From Rebecca billardiae RCC1528 (lineage: Eukaryota > Protista > Haptophyta): a stretch of DNA of 64,000 nt. Positions 46,087-55,828 of the stretch are shown here, in pieces. A program made the position numbers and the translations under genes. Within the stretch, counting starts at the first letter, position 1. The number at the start of each line of letters is the position of its first letter. Where the stretch lies: NCBI GenBank assembly GCA_965240325.2, contig OZ251248.1, positions 1,036,554 through 1,100,553 on the forward strand, given 5' to 3'. A model generated the notes under the pieces. That model was not told where the DNA came from. It saw only the letters and a list, made by a program, of their open reading frames with translations, and did no database searches.

Positions 46087-46985
46087 TCAGCCCTGCGGCG
46101 CGATGTGGCCGTGCTGCTCGAGCAGCGCGGTGAGCTTTTGTATCTTGGTGTCCTTGAGGCGCGTGAGCTGCTCGAGCTTCTTGATCTTCACCTCGAGGAT
46201 CTCGACCGTCTCGTTGAGCTCGTCGATCGTCTGGTCTTTCTCTGAGAGCAGCCGCTGCACGTCGATCGAGCCGCCCTCGGCCGGCGGCGGCGGCGCGCGC
46301 GGCGCGGGCCGCAGCCGGCTGTCGGCGGCGGCGCCGCCGTCGGCTGGCCGCGCGGGGAGCGCAAATTGGTGGTGGTGCGGCGGCGGCGGCGACGCGCCCG
46401 CCTCGTCGCCCGTGCCCGGGCTGCCGAGGCCGAGCTGCTGCTGCTGCTGCCGCTGCTGCTGCTTGCGCAGGTTGTACCGCGCGAGCTGCGCGCGTCGCGC
46501 GCGCGCGCGCGCGCGGGAGGGGGTCGGGCGGTCGGCGGTGGTGCCGCGCGCGCGCCCCGCCGCGCGCCCAGAGCCGCACCTGCACCTGCAGCCGCTTGAG
46601 CAGCTGCTCGACCGCCTGCGGCTCCGCGTTCGAGAGCGCCTCCATCTCCGCCTTGTGCATGCCGAGGCCGATCTTCTTGAAGACCTTCTTGGAGAGGGTC
46701 TGCCAGTTGTACATCTTCTGCGAGAACGAGTTGGCCGAGGGGTAGTTGTGCAGCTCCACCATCTTGGGGTAGTAGTGCGCGACCACCTCCGCGACGAGCA
46801 CGCCGTCCGCAAAGTCGCGCGAGATGTTGCGCTTGGGGCGCGAGAGCGGGATCTCGTCGATCCACTGGTAGATGCGCTGCAGGTCGTCCTCCTCCTGCGC
46901 GCGGCGCGGGGGCGCGGCGCGCGCTCAGGCGCGGGGCGCGCGCACCGCGGCGCGTGCGCGCGCGCCGCGCCGCCCCACCCACCAT
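46087..46985 (-). CDS. SPEF1: Sperm flagellar protein 1 / CLAMP (CH domain + C-terminal coiled coil)
   Basis: ATG-only exon 46985-46983, then exons 46894-46580 and 46485-46087. Motifs: IYQWIDEIPLSRPKRNISRDFADGVLVAEVV..VELHNY..NWQTL, and EKDQTIDELNETVEILEVKIKKLEQL. Confidence 0.93.
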
Positions 46986-47226
46986 GGCGCAAGAGCAGCA
47001 GGTTGAGTGTGCCAGAGCCCAAAGGGCGGTTGCCCGATTTCGTCAGCACGGCGTGTGCCGCACGATGGCGGCCGGCCGTAACAGTCTTCAGTCAGACGAT
47101 CTCGTCTAGTAGCTACTCATCGACTTGGCAGGGTCCTCATGCTCCGTCAGGCGGCGCCGGCGCTCACGCCTGCTGGCGGCGGCTGGCCGCCCCCGCCTCG
47201 CTCGCGCCCACTCGATCTCCACAGCC

Positions 47227-49978
47227 TCAGCCCAGCTTGGCCGCGCCGATCGCCTGCGCGGCGGCGACGCACTCGTCGGCGCGCTCGGCGCTCTTGGCCG
47301 CGCCCTGCCCGCGCGTGGCCGAGCCGCCGCCCTTGCCGCCCACCGGCGCGAGCGCCTCGAGCACCCACGCCTTGGCCGGCAGCGCCGCCGCCGCCGCCTC
47401 CGGCACGACGGCGATCGCGGCGAGCGCGCCCTTGGCGGTGCCGAACAGCATGCACGCCTGCGCGCGCGGCGCGCAGCAGAAGCAGCGGCAGCAGCCGGTC
47501 GGTCGGTCAGCGGCGCGGCGCGGCGCGCGGAAGGGCGCGGGCGCGCACCGTGTCGGGCGCGGCGGCCTTGAACGCGTTCATCGCGAGGTCGAGCGCCTTG
47601 CTGTCCGTCTCGCCCTCCAGCCGCACGACGAGCAGCTTGTCCGCCGCGTGCGCGGCGCCGAGCGCGCCCGCCTCGGCGCGCAGCGCCTCTGCGCGCGCCT
47701 TGGTCGCCGCCTTGGCCGCCTCGAGCGCGGCGGCGGCGAGCTCGGCGACGGCGGCGGCGAGCCGGCGCTTGTCCACCTGCGGCACGACGGCGGTCGCCAC
47801 CACCTTCTTCAGCTCCGCCAGCTCCGCGTCGAGCGCCGCGCCGCCCAGCCCCTTGGCCGCGTCGACGCGCGCGCGCAGCTGCGCCGCGGCCGCGATCGCC
47901 TCGCGCGCCGCGGCCGCGGTCACGCCGGTGATGCGCCGCACGCCGCGCGCGATGCCCTCCTCGCCGAGCAGCGCGAACGCCTCGGCCTGCGCCGAGTTGC
48001 TCAGGTGCGTGCCGCCGCAGAACTCGATGGAGTACTCGCCCCACTCCTCCGAGTCGGGCGCGTCCACCAGCTTGCCCACCGGCACGCCTGCGCGCGCGCG
48101 CGCGCGCGGCGCGGCGCGCGCGCGTCAGCGGCCGGCCGCGCGCGGAGGGGCGCGCGCGCGCGGAGCGGGGCGCACCGACGGAGAGCACGCGCACGGGGTC
48201 GGGGTAGGCCTCGCCGAAGACGCAGCGCAGCGACTTGACCGCCTCCGCCTTGGCGAGCGGCTGCACCTCCGTGTGCACCGGCCGCGCCGCGTCGATCTGC
48301 GCGCGCACCGCCGCCTCGACGGCCGCGAGCTCGTCGTCGCTCAGCCCGCGGCCGTGCGCAAAGTCGAAGCGCAGCCGCTCGGGCGTGACGAGCGAGCCGC
48401 GCTGGTCGACGCCGTCGCCGAGGACGGCGCGCAGCGCGTGGTTGAGGATGTGCGTCGCCGTGTGGTTCTTCGCGATCGGCGCGCGCCGCGCGTAGTCCAC
48501 GCGCGCGCTCACCGCCGCGCCCGCCGCCAGCCCGTGCGGCCCGACGGTGCCGACGTGCAGCGCGTACCCGCCAAACTTTTGCACGTCGAGCACGGCGAGC
48601 CCGACGGCGCCGTCGGGGCCGCCGAGGTGGAGCGCGCCGGTGTCGGCGACCTGCCCGCCCGCCTCGGCGTAGAAGGGCGTGGCGTCGAGCACCACGCCCA
48701 CCGTCGCGCCGGCGGGCGCCGCCTGCGCGAAGCCGCCCGCCTCGCCCGGGCCGAGGTAGACGGCGCGCACGGTCGTGGACAGCGCGCGCCCCGCGCCGCT
48801 CGCCGGCTCCCACGCGTACTTGGGCTCGTCGTCGGTGGGCGGCGCGCCCATCTTGCGCAGCTCGTCGACCTGCGCGGCCTCGAGCACGAGCGCGCGCTTG
48901 TCGCCGAACGCGCTCGCCTCGCGCGACTCCGCCTTGGACTGCTCGAAGAGCGCCTCGAACGCGGGCAGGTCGACGGCGAGGCCGCGCTCCTCCGCCATCA
49001 GCTGCGTGAGGTCGACGGGGAAGCCGTACGTCGTGTAGAGCATGTGCACGTCCTCGCCGCGCATGACGGCGCCGGGCGCGAGCCGCGCGGCGCGCTTGTC
49101 GAACTCGCGCAGCCCGCGGTCCAGCGTCCGCGTGAACTGCTCCTCCTCGCCCTTGAGCACCTCGGCGATGTGCGCGGGGCGCGCGCGCAGCTCGGGGAAC
49201 GTGTCGCCAAACAGCGCCACGACCGCCGGCACGAGCGTGTGGAAGAAGCCGGGCGGCGCCTTGAGGATGTCGGCGCCGTAGCGCACGGCGCGGCGCAGGA
49301 TGCGGCGGAGCACGTACCCGCGCCCCTCGTTCGACGGCGTCGCGCCGTCCGCGATCGAGAAGGTGAGCGTGCGGATGTGGTCGGCGACGACGCGGTACGC
49401 CATGTCGACGCGGTCCGCGTCGGCCGCGCCGACCGCGCCGCCGTACGGCCGGAGCTTGTCGGCGCCGACGGCGGCGCGGATCGCGTCGAAGAGGCGGGCG
49501 AAGACGTCGATGTCGTAGTTCGAGCGCTTCCCGAGCAGGATCGACGCGACGCGCTCGAGCCCCATCCCCGTGTCCACGCACGGCGCGGGCAGCTTGACGA
49601 GCGAGCCGTCGCGCTCGCGGTTGTACTGCATGAAGACGAGGTTCCAGATCTCGAGCACGTCGGGGTCGTCCATGTTGACGAGGTGCGCGGCGTCGCGCCC
49701 GCCGCCGATCCGGTCGTAGTGGATCTCGGAGCACGGGCCGCACGGCCCCGTGTCGCCCATCTCCCAGAAGTTGTCCTTCATGTTCCCCTTGAGGATGCGC
49801 GCGTCGGGCACGTACCGGCCCCACAGCGCCTTGGCCTGCAGGTCGGGCTCGAGGCCCTGCGCGGCGTTGCCCTCAAAGTAGGTGACGTACAGCCGGTCGG
49901 GGTCGATGCCGTACGGCCCGGTGAGCAGCGCCCACGCCCACGCGATCGCCTCCTCCTTGAAGTAGTCGCCGAAGCTCC

Positions 49979-50009
<31 letters not shown>

Positions 50010-50737
50010 GTACACGTCCTTGCCCACGTCGTCGAGGTCGTTGTGCTTGCCGCCCGCGCGGATGCACTTCTGCGTGTTCGCCACGCGCGTGAGCTTGGCC
50101 ATCGGCGAGGCGGGGTCCACCTGCCCCAGGAAGATGGGCTTGAACTGGTTCATCCCCGCGTTGATGAAGAGCAGCGTCGGGTCGTGCAGCGGCACGACCG
50201 GCGACGACGGCCAGAACGTGTGCGCCGCGCCGTCCGCCTGGCAGAAGAAGTCGATGAAGGCCTGGCGCACCTGCGCGGTCGTGGTGAACGTCGGCGCCGC
50301 CGACGACGCCGGCGCGGCCGCGTCGAGCGCGTCCGCGATCGCGCCGAGCGGCGCGGGCGCGCGCGCCGACACGGCGGCGGAGACGGCCGCCTCGAGCGCG
50401 TCCGCCACGCCGTGCGCCTGCAGGTACGCGGCGATCTCGGGGAGGAGCTGCGCGGCGTCGTCGGCGGCGGGCGGGGCGGCGGGCGCGTCGTCCGCGCCGC
50501 CGCCGCCGCGCAGCCGCGCCGCGATGAAGGGCAGCGGCGCGTCGGGCCGCCGCGCGATCGCCTCGTTCACCGCCGCCGTGAGCGCGGCCTCGAGGCCGGC
50601 GTGCGCGGCGAGGTACGCCTCGACGGAGCTCGCCTAGGGGGTTGGGCGCGGCGCAGGGAGGCGCGCGCGCGCGAGGGGGCGTGAGCGGCGCGTGTGGTGC
50701 GCGCGCGCGCGAGAGAGAGAGGGCGGGCGCGCACCAT
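47227..50737 (-). CDS. AARS: Alanine--tRNA ligase with an extra N-terminal pair of docking-type motifs
   Basis: ATG-only exon 50737-50735; introns 50734-50634, 48175-48088 and 47548-47458. Motifs: DPTLLFINAGMNQFK, HHTFFEMLGNWSFGDYFK, GPCGPCSEI, DTGMGLER, editing-site HTATH and EFCGGTH, C-terminal GGKGGG. Confidence 0.97.
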
Positions 50738-50932
50738 GGGGCCGCCGCTCGCGAGATCGACGATGGAGGCGCGTTGATGCTGGGGCCCGCGTTTGCGCGC
50801 GGGCGTGGCCACGGGTGTGCCCGCCCCGGACTCCGTTCCTGCTGCAGAGTAGTAGACGCGTCCGGGACTGGGCGGCGCGTGTCGACGTGCTGCCGCTCTT
50901 GCTGGCGCGAGAGAGGAGCCAAGGGAGGCAGC

Positions 50933-51300
50933 ATGGGTGAGCGCCCCCGCCCCACGTCGCGCAACGCCCGACTGGGCGGGCCGCGCGGGGCGCGCGGGCG
51001 CGCGGCGCGGCGCGCGCGGCGCGCGGGCGGTGCGGCGCCCGGGCCGCGCGCGCCGACGCACCCGCCGACGCACCCGCCGCGCCGCCCGCCCCTGCGCGCG
51101 CGCCGCGCGCAGGCAAGGTCCACGGCTCGCTCGCGCGCGCCGGCAAGGTGCGCGGCCAGACGCCAAAGGTGGCGAAGCAGGCGGACAAGCCGAAGCCCAA
51201 GACGGGCCGCGCGAAGAAGCGGATCATCTACAACCGGCGATTCGTCAACGTCGTCGTGGGCATGGGCAAGAAGAAGGGGCCCAACTCGAACATGAAGTGA
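50933..51300 (+). CDS. RPS30: 40S ribosomal protein S30 (eS30), without a ubiquitin-like fusion
   Basis: Exons 50933-50936 and 51113-51300 give [41 protein letters not shown]. Not called in the ORF track. Confidence 0.96.
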
Positions 51301-52766
51301 GCGCGCCGGCGGGCGGCGGGGGCGGCCGGGCAGCCGCAGCGCGCGCGCTCGCCGCCCCCGCCCGAGGCGCGCTGGGGCTCGCCGGGCCGACGGTGGCGAG
51401 CGCCAGGGTCGCCGGTGCGGCGCGGGCCGCCGCGCGCGGCGCGGTGGCGCTCGGGAGGCGGTCGCGGGCCTCGTGCCGGCCTGCACGGCTGCGACAGCCG
51501 GGCATGGTGCTCGCAGGCGCGCGGCGAGCACGGCGCAAGCCGCAGCGCGCGGTGATGGCGATCGGATGCGGCCGCGTGCCGACAGTGACCAGCGCGGACG
51601 GATGATCACGCGGGACGTGATTGCAGCTGCTGCGGCCACGGTCACGGTGCAGCACCTCGGTCACTCGGTGGGCGTGATTCGCCGACTGATCGTGGTGCAG
51701 GCCTGCGCCTCGTCGGCGCGCGTGATATATCCGCACCGGTGCGCGCTGACGGCATCGGTACTGCAGATCGATGATGATGACGATGACGCATTCTATATAT
51801 AGATATAACAGTCTGTACGTACGTCGTCATCAGTGAATAAGAGCGTATACTCCGCCTCCGGCCCGCGGCTCCGGCCCGCGCGGGCCGCGCGCGGGCGGCT
51901 GACGGCTTCGCGGGCCCGGCGGGGCTCCGGCCGCTCCGGGCCCCGGGCCCGGCGCGGCGCGGGTCCGCCGCGGCTCACGGCGCATGCGGCGCAGCCGCCC
52001 CGCCCGCGGGCCGCCTCCGCCGCTGCCAGCAGCCCGAGGCCGCGGTCAGCCGCCGTATACTGGCAGGACCGTAATCTGATGACGACGCGGTACTCCGTCA
52101 GTCTGGCAGGCCGGGCCCGCACTCAATACTGCCGGGCTTTAATAACTACGACTATATTATCGTCTGTCTATATTCTATCTAAATTGGCAACGACCGCCGC
52201 ACCGCAGCACCGCGGCGGCTACAGTAGCCGCCGCGGCAGCGCCGCCGGCCCGCTGCGGCCGCGCCCGGCGCTCGGACCGCGCTCGCCGCGGTCGGACTCG
52301 GCGACTCGGAGTCGGAGTGTCAGACTGCCTGATCAGGTGAGGCCCGCCCCTAATCACTTAATCAGTGGGCACAGAGGCTCCGACGTCGGAGGTCAGTGCG
52401 GATGACGGCGGCGCAGCTCGGCGCGGCCTCATCGCCCGTATCTGAGCGCGAAGACTGCAGACGACAAGGGTACTCGACTATAACGCGGACTATACATCAA
52501 TAATGACAATCGGCATGCACACGCAGCATCAAGCAGCAGTCGTGCGTCGTATAGTAGTAGCGTCCATGAAGTGATCGCCATCGGAAGTCTATCATCGTCA
52601 GCTCGAATAATTATAACGCCTGCGCCCGCCGGCATAAGTCTAAGAGCAGCTGACACACGGATCGGCTGCTGGCGCTTAACTCAGTACGAGTGGCGAATAT
52701 ATCGCCGGACGATACTGCTGCGCGCAGCACGAGTGACGGCACCGGCCCACGCCGCGGGCCCGTCGC

Positions 52767-54233
52767 TCAGAGCAGCCCGCCGCGCAGGGGCGGCAGCTGC
52801 GCCACGCGCCGCGGCGTCGGCAGCTCTCCGCCATCGTAGCTCACGCGCAGGACCCCGAACTCGCCCCATGGCAATCCGCACGCGTGCGCACCGCCGTCCG
52901 CTGTGACGCAGAGGGCGTGGGCGTCGCCAACAAAGCAGCCGACCACGCGCGCATGCGCGAGGCTCTCCACCCGCTCTGGCAGCGTGCGATTCACTCGGTC
53001 CCCCAGCCCCAGCTGGCCGTTGTGGTTGCGCCCAAACGCGTGCACGCTGCCGTCCGCGCACACCACCGCGCTGCTCTGACAGCCCGCGCTGGCGCGCACG
53101 GAGCGCACACCATCCAGTGCGTCGACGCGCGTGGGCACCAAGCGACGCGCCTCATCACCGTGGCCGAGCGCACCATCGCGACCGCTTCCGAAGGAGTGCA
53201 CGCCGCCCGCTGCGTCCACCACCAGGCTGTGGAACTTGCCCGCGCTCACGTGCACAGCGCGCACGCCCGCGAGCGCCTCGATGCGCAGCGGCGCGTGCTG
53301 CTCTTGCTGGTCGCCGTGGCCGAGCAGGCCGGCATGGGCCACCCCACACGAGTACACGGCACCGCATGCCGAAAGCAACAGCGCGTGACAGCCGCCCGCG
53401 GCCACGCCGCCCACGCGCACGCCGTCCAGCGCCTCGATGCGCGTCGGCTCCAGCCGGCGCTCAGTGTCGCCATGGCCGAGCTGGCCGCAGTGGTTGCTGC
53501 CCCAGCTGTACGCCGCGCCGGCGGCCGTGAGCGCGAGGCTGTGGTGATAAGTGCCAGCGCCGATGCCGATGACGAGCTCCGCGCCCAGCGCCACCACCTG
53601 CACGAACGCCCGTCGCTCAGCCGTGTCGCCCACGCCCAGCTGGCCGTGCTTGTTGCTGCCGCACGCGTACACGGCGCCCGCCTCGCTCAGCGCGAGCAGG
53701 TAGGCGCAGCCGGCAGCCACTGCACACACGCGCACCGCCCCAAGCGAGTTCACGCGCGTCGGCACGAGCACGGCCGTCTCCCAGCTGAGGTCGGGATGGC
53801 CCAGCGGTGCGCCGTACGTATGCACGCCGCCGTCCGCGTCGACAAAGGCGGACACGCTCGTCCGATTCCCAACACTGTCTTCTGGGCAGGCGGACGCGAC
53901 GTGAGCGTGCGCGTGCGCGAGCTCGAGAACACGCTCGCGCGCGAGCAGTTCCTCGACCCACGCGCACACGCCCGCCGGCAGGGTCGCCGGCAGCGCGGCC
54001 TCGTGCCCGCGCATGCGCGCGCGCTCGCGCAGCGCGTGCTCCAGCGGCGCGCCGCGGAAGAGGCGCGCGGCGGCGTTGGCGGCGGCGAGGTCGCGCGCGT
54101 CTTCCGAGTGGACGAGGATGCGCGCGAGCAGCTCGAGCGGCAGATCGGCCAGCCACCGCGCCGGCGCCGCCGCCGAGCCGGGCTGCTCGTCGTCGGGCGC
54201 TCCACTCGTCGTCGCGGGTGGGGCCGACGCCAT
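52767..54233 (-). CDS. F-box-like + RCC1-repeat protein (intronless paralogue of 15059-16564)
   Basis: LADLPLELLARILVHSEDARDLAAANAAARLFRGAP followed by RCC1 repeats (HSLALTAAGAAYSWGSNHCGQLGHGD). Confidence 0.85.
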   Translation of the reverse strand: MASAPPATTSGAPDDEQPGSAAAPARWLADLPLELLARILVHSEDARDLAAANAAARLFRGAPLEHALRERARMRGHEAALPATLPAGVCAWVEELLARERVLELAHAHAHVASACPEDSVGNRTSVSAFVDADGGVHTYGAPLGHPDLSWETAVLVPTRVNSLGAVRVCAVAAGCAYLLALSEAGAVYACGSNKHGQLGVGDTAERRAFVQVVALGAELVIGIGAGTYHHSLALTAAGAAYSWGSNHCGQLGHGDTERRLEPTRIEALDGVRVGGVAAGGCHALLLSACGAVYSCGVAHAGLLGHGDQQEQHAPLRIEALAGVRAVHVSAGKFHSLVVDAAGGVHSFGSGRDGALGHGDEARRLVPTRVDALDGVRSVRASAGCQSSAVVCADGSVHAFGRNHNGQLGLGDRVNRTLPERVESLAHARVVGCFVGDAHALCVTADGGAHACGLPWGEFGVLRVSYDGGELPTPRRVAQLPPLRGGLL

Positions 54234-54353
54234 GCCGCTTTGCTGCTACGTATTCTAATTTTACCCGCCCCATATTGTTTTCAATTGATGAGCGATGACG
54301 ACGCTGATGCTGTGGTCAGATATTGTCGTCACGGCGCGCGCGCGCCGCCGGCC

Positions 54354-55475
54354 TCAGCTCTCCTTCGCGCCGGCGGCCGCCGCCGCGGCGCGCGCCTTCC
54401 ACTGCGCGAGCCGCAGCCCCGCCAGCCCGCGCCGCACGCACCAGTGCGTCGCGTACCGCTCGAGCAGCGCGCGCTGCGCCGCGCGCCGCGCCGCCTCGAG
54501 GTCGCCGCCCGTCTGGCGCCACACCGCGTAGTCGACCACCTTGGCCACGTCGGCGGCGGAGGCGGGGCGGTGCTCGCGCTTGCCGCCGACGGCGATCGCG
54601 CTCCACGGCGGCACGGCCCAGCCCGCCTCGAGCAGGTCGGAGCGCAGCCACACCAGGTCGAAGAGCCCGACGCGGTGCACGAGCGTGTACCCAAACTCGG
54701 CCGCCAGGTCGCGCCACGTGGCCGGGGAGGCGCCCCACACGCACTGCGCAAACGCGAACGCGTAGCCGGCGGGCACGCCGCCGCCGAGCATGCTCGGGTC
54801 CTGCAGCGTGAAGGTGTCGTTCTCGGCCCAGTTCGGGTTGAACTCCGTCGTGAGCACGCGCGGCCGGTACCCGCCCTCGAGGATGCCGCGCAGCACGAAC
54901 GCGTCGTGCGAGTCCATGTCGCACGAGACGTAGTCGGGCGCGCGCGGCACGCCGTACCGCGCGAAGAGCTGCGCGACGTTGCCGCGGTACAGGTAGTGCG
55001 CGTGCAGGTTGATGCTCTCGTTGCGGTTCGACCCGTCCAGCAGCAGCCCGCGGAAGCCGCGCCGGTGCAGGAAGAGCGTGTTCGCGCCCGAGCCGCCCTC
55101 GTACGTGGCCGAGTTGAAGCCAAACTCGACGTAGTACCGGTTGGTCACGCCGATGCGGTCAAAGATGGCGGCGAGGACGCCGTCCTGGTTGGACTGCGAG
55201 CTGAGCCGCGCGTACCGCGGCACGTCGCGCGGCAGGTCGAGCAGCCAGCCCGGCGGCGCCGCGCCGGCCGGCAGCGGCGCCGGCCGCGGCGCCCAGCGCG
55301 CGAGCGCCGCGCGCACCGCCGCCTTGGTGCGCGCGGCGCGCGGCGGCGGCCGAGCGGGGGACGAGGCGGCGGCGGCGGCAGCCGTGGCCGGCGGCGGCGG
55401 CGCGCGCGCCGTCGCGAGCAGGCCCGTCGCGAGCGCCGCGAGCAGCGGGCGGCGCGCCGCCGAGGGAGGCGCCAT
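54354..55475 (-). CDS. FkbM-like SAM-dependent methyltransferase with an N-terminal signal/anchor
   Basis: SQSNQDGVLAAIFDRIG, YYVEFGF, GANTLFL..GFRGLLLDG, DYVSCDMDSHD, YRPRVLTTEFN. Confidence 0.7.
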   Translation of the reverse strand: MAPPSAARRPLLAALATGLLATARAPPPPATAAAAAASSPARPPPRAARTKAAVRAALARWAPRPAPLPAGAAPPGWLLDLPRDVPRYARLSSQSNQDGVLAAIFDRIGVTNRYYVEFGFNSATYEGGSGANTLFLHRRGFRGLLLDGSNRNESINLHAHYLYRGNVAQLFARYGVPRAPDYVSCDMDSHDAFVLRGILEGGYRPRVLTTEFNPNWAENDTFTLQDPSMLGGGVPAGYAFAFAQCVWGASPATWRDLAAEFGYTLVHRVGLFDLVWLRSDLLEAGWAVPPWSAIAVGGKREHRPASAADVAKVVDYAVWRQTGGDLEAARRAAQRALLERYATHWCVRRGLAGLRLAQWKARAAAAAAGAKES

Positions 55476-55828
55476 CGCCCCCGCTCCGCGGGAGACAGCT
55501 CACGTCTCGATATCTCGTGGACGCACGACGAGCACGGCCAAAGTCCGGCAAAGCATCACCACTGGGCGCAGGAATGGCGGGCCGTAGGTCCGCCCCTTGT
55601 AGTGCCCGGGAAAAAGATAAGAAAAAGAAAAATAAAAAAGAAAATCGCCTCGCAGAGAAAAGAAAATCGCCTCGCTCACTGCCAGGTCGCTTCGCTCACT
55701 ACCGGGCGCCCTCGCAGCTCCCACTGGGGACGCTCGGCCGAAAACCATCTGCGGCCTGGCGCGGAGCGCGTGGGCGGCGCGCGCCAAATCCAACGCTAGC
55801 GCGGACATCGTGAGGGGATTCCCGAACG

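Noticed and set aside
50500-50530. RLRGG in the AlaRS N-terminus as a ubiquitin-like cleavage site
   Set aside because: It is the end of a helix running into a poly-Gly linker, with no signal peptide; likely chance in GC-rich codons.
51301-52766. ORFs and CCGG-rich patches between RPS30 and the second F-box/RCC1 gene
   Set aside because: Low-complexity intergenic DNA with no recognisable protein motifs or consistent splice structure.
55594-55604. TGTAGTG as a CACTA transposon end
   Set aside because: No matching CACTACAAGGGG partner end was found in the window.
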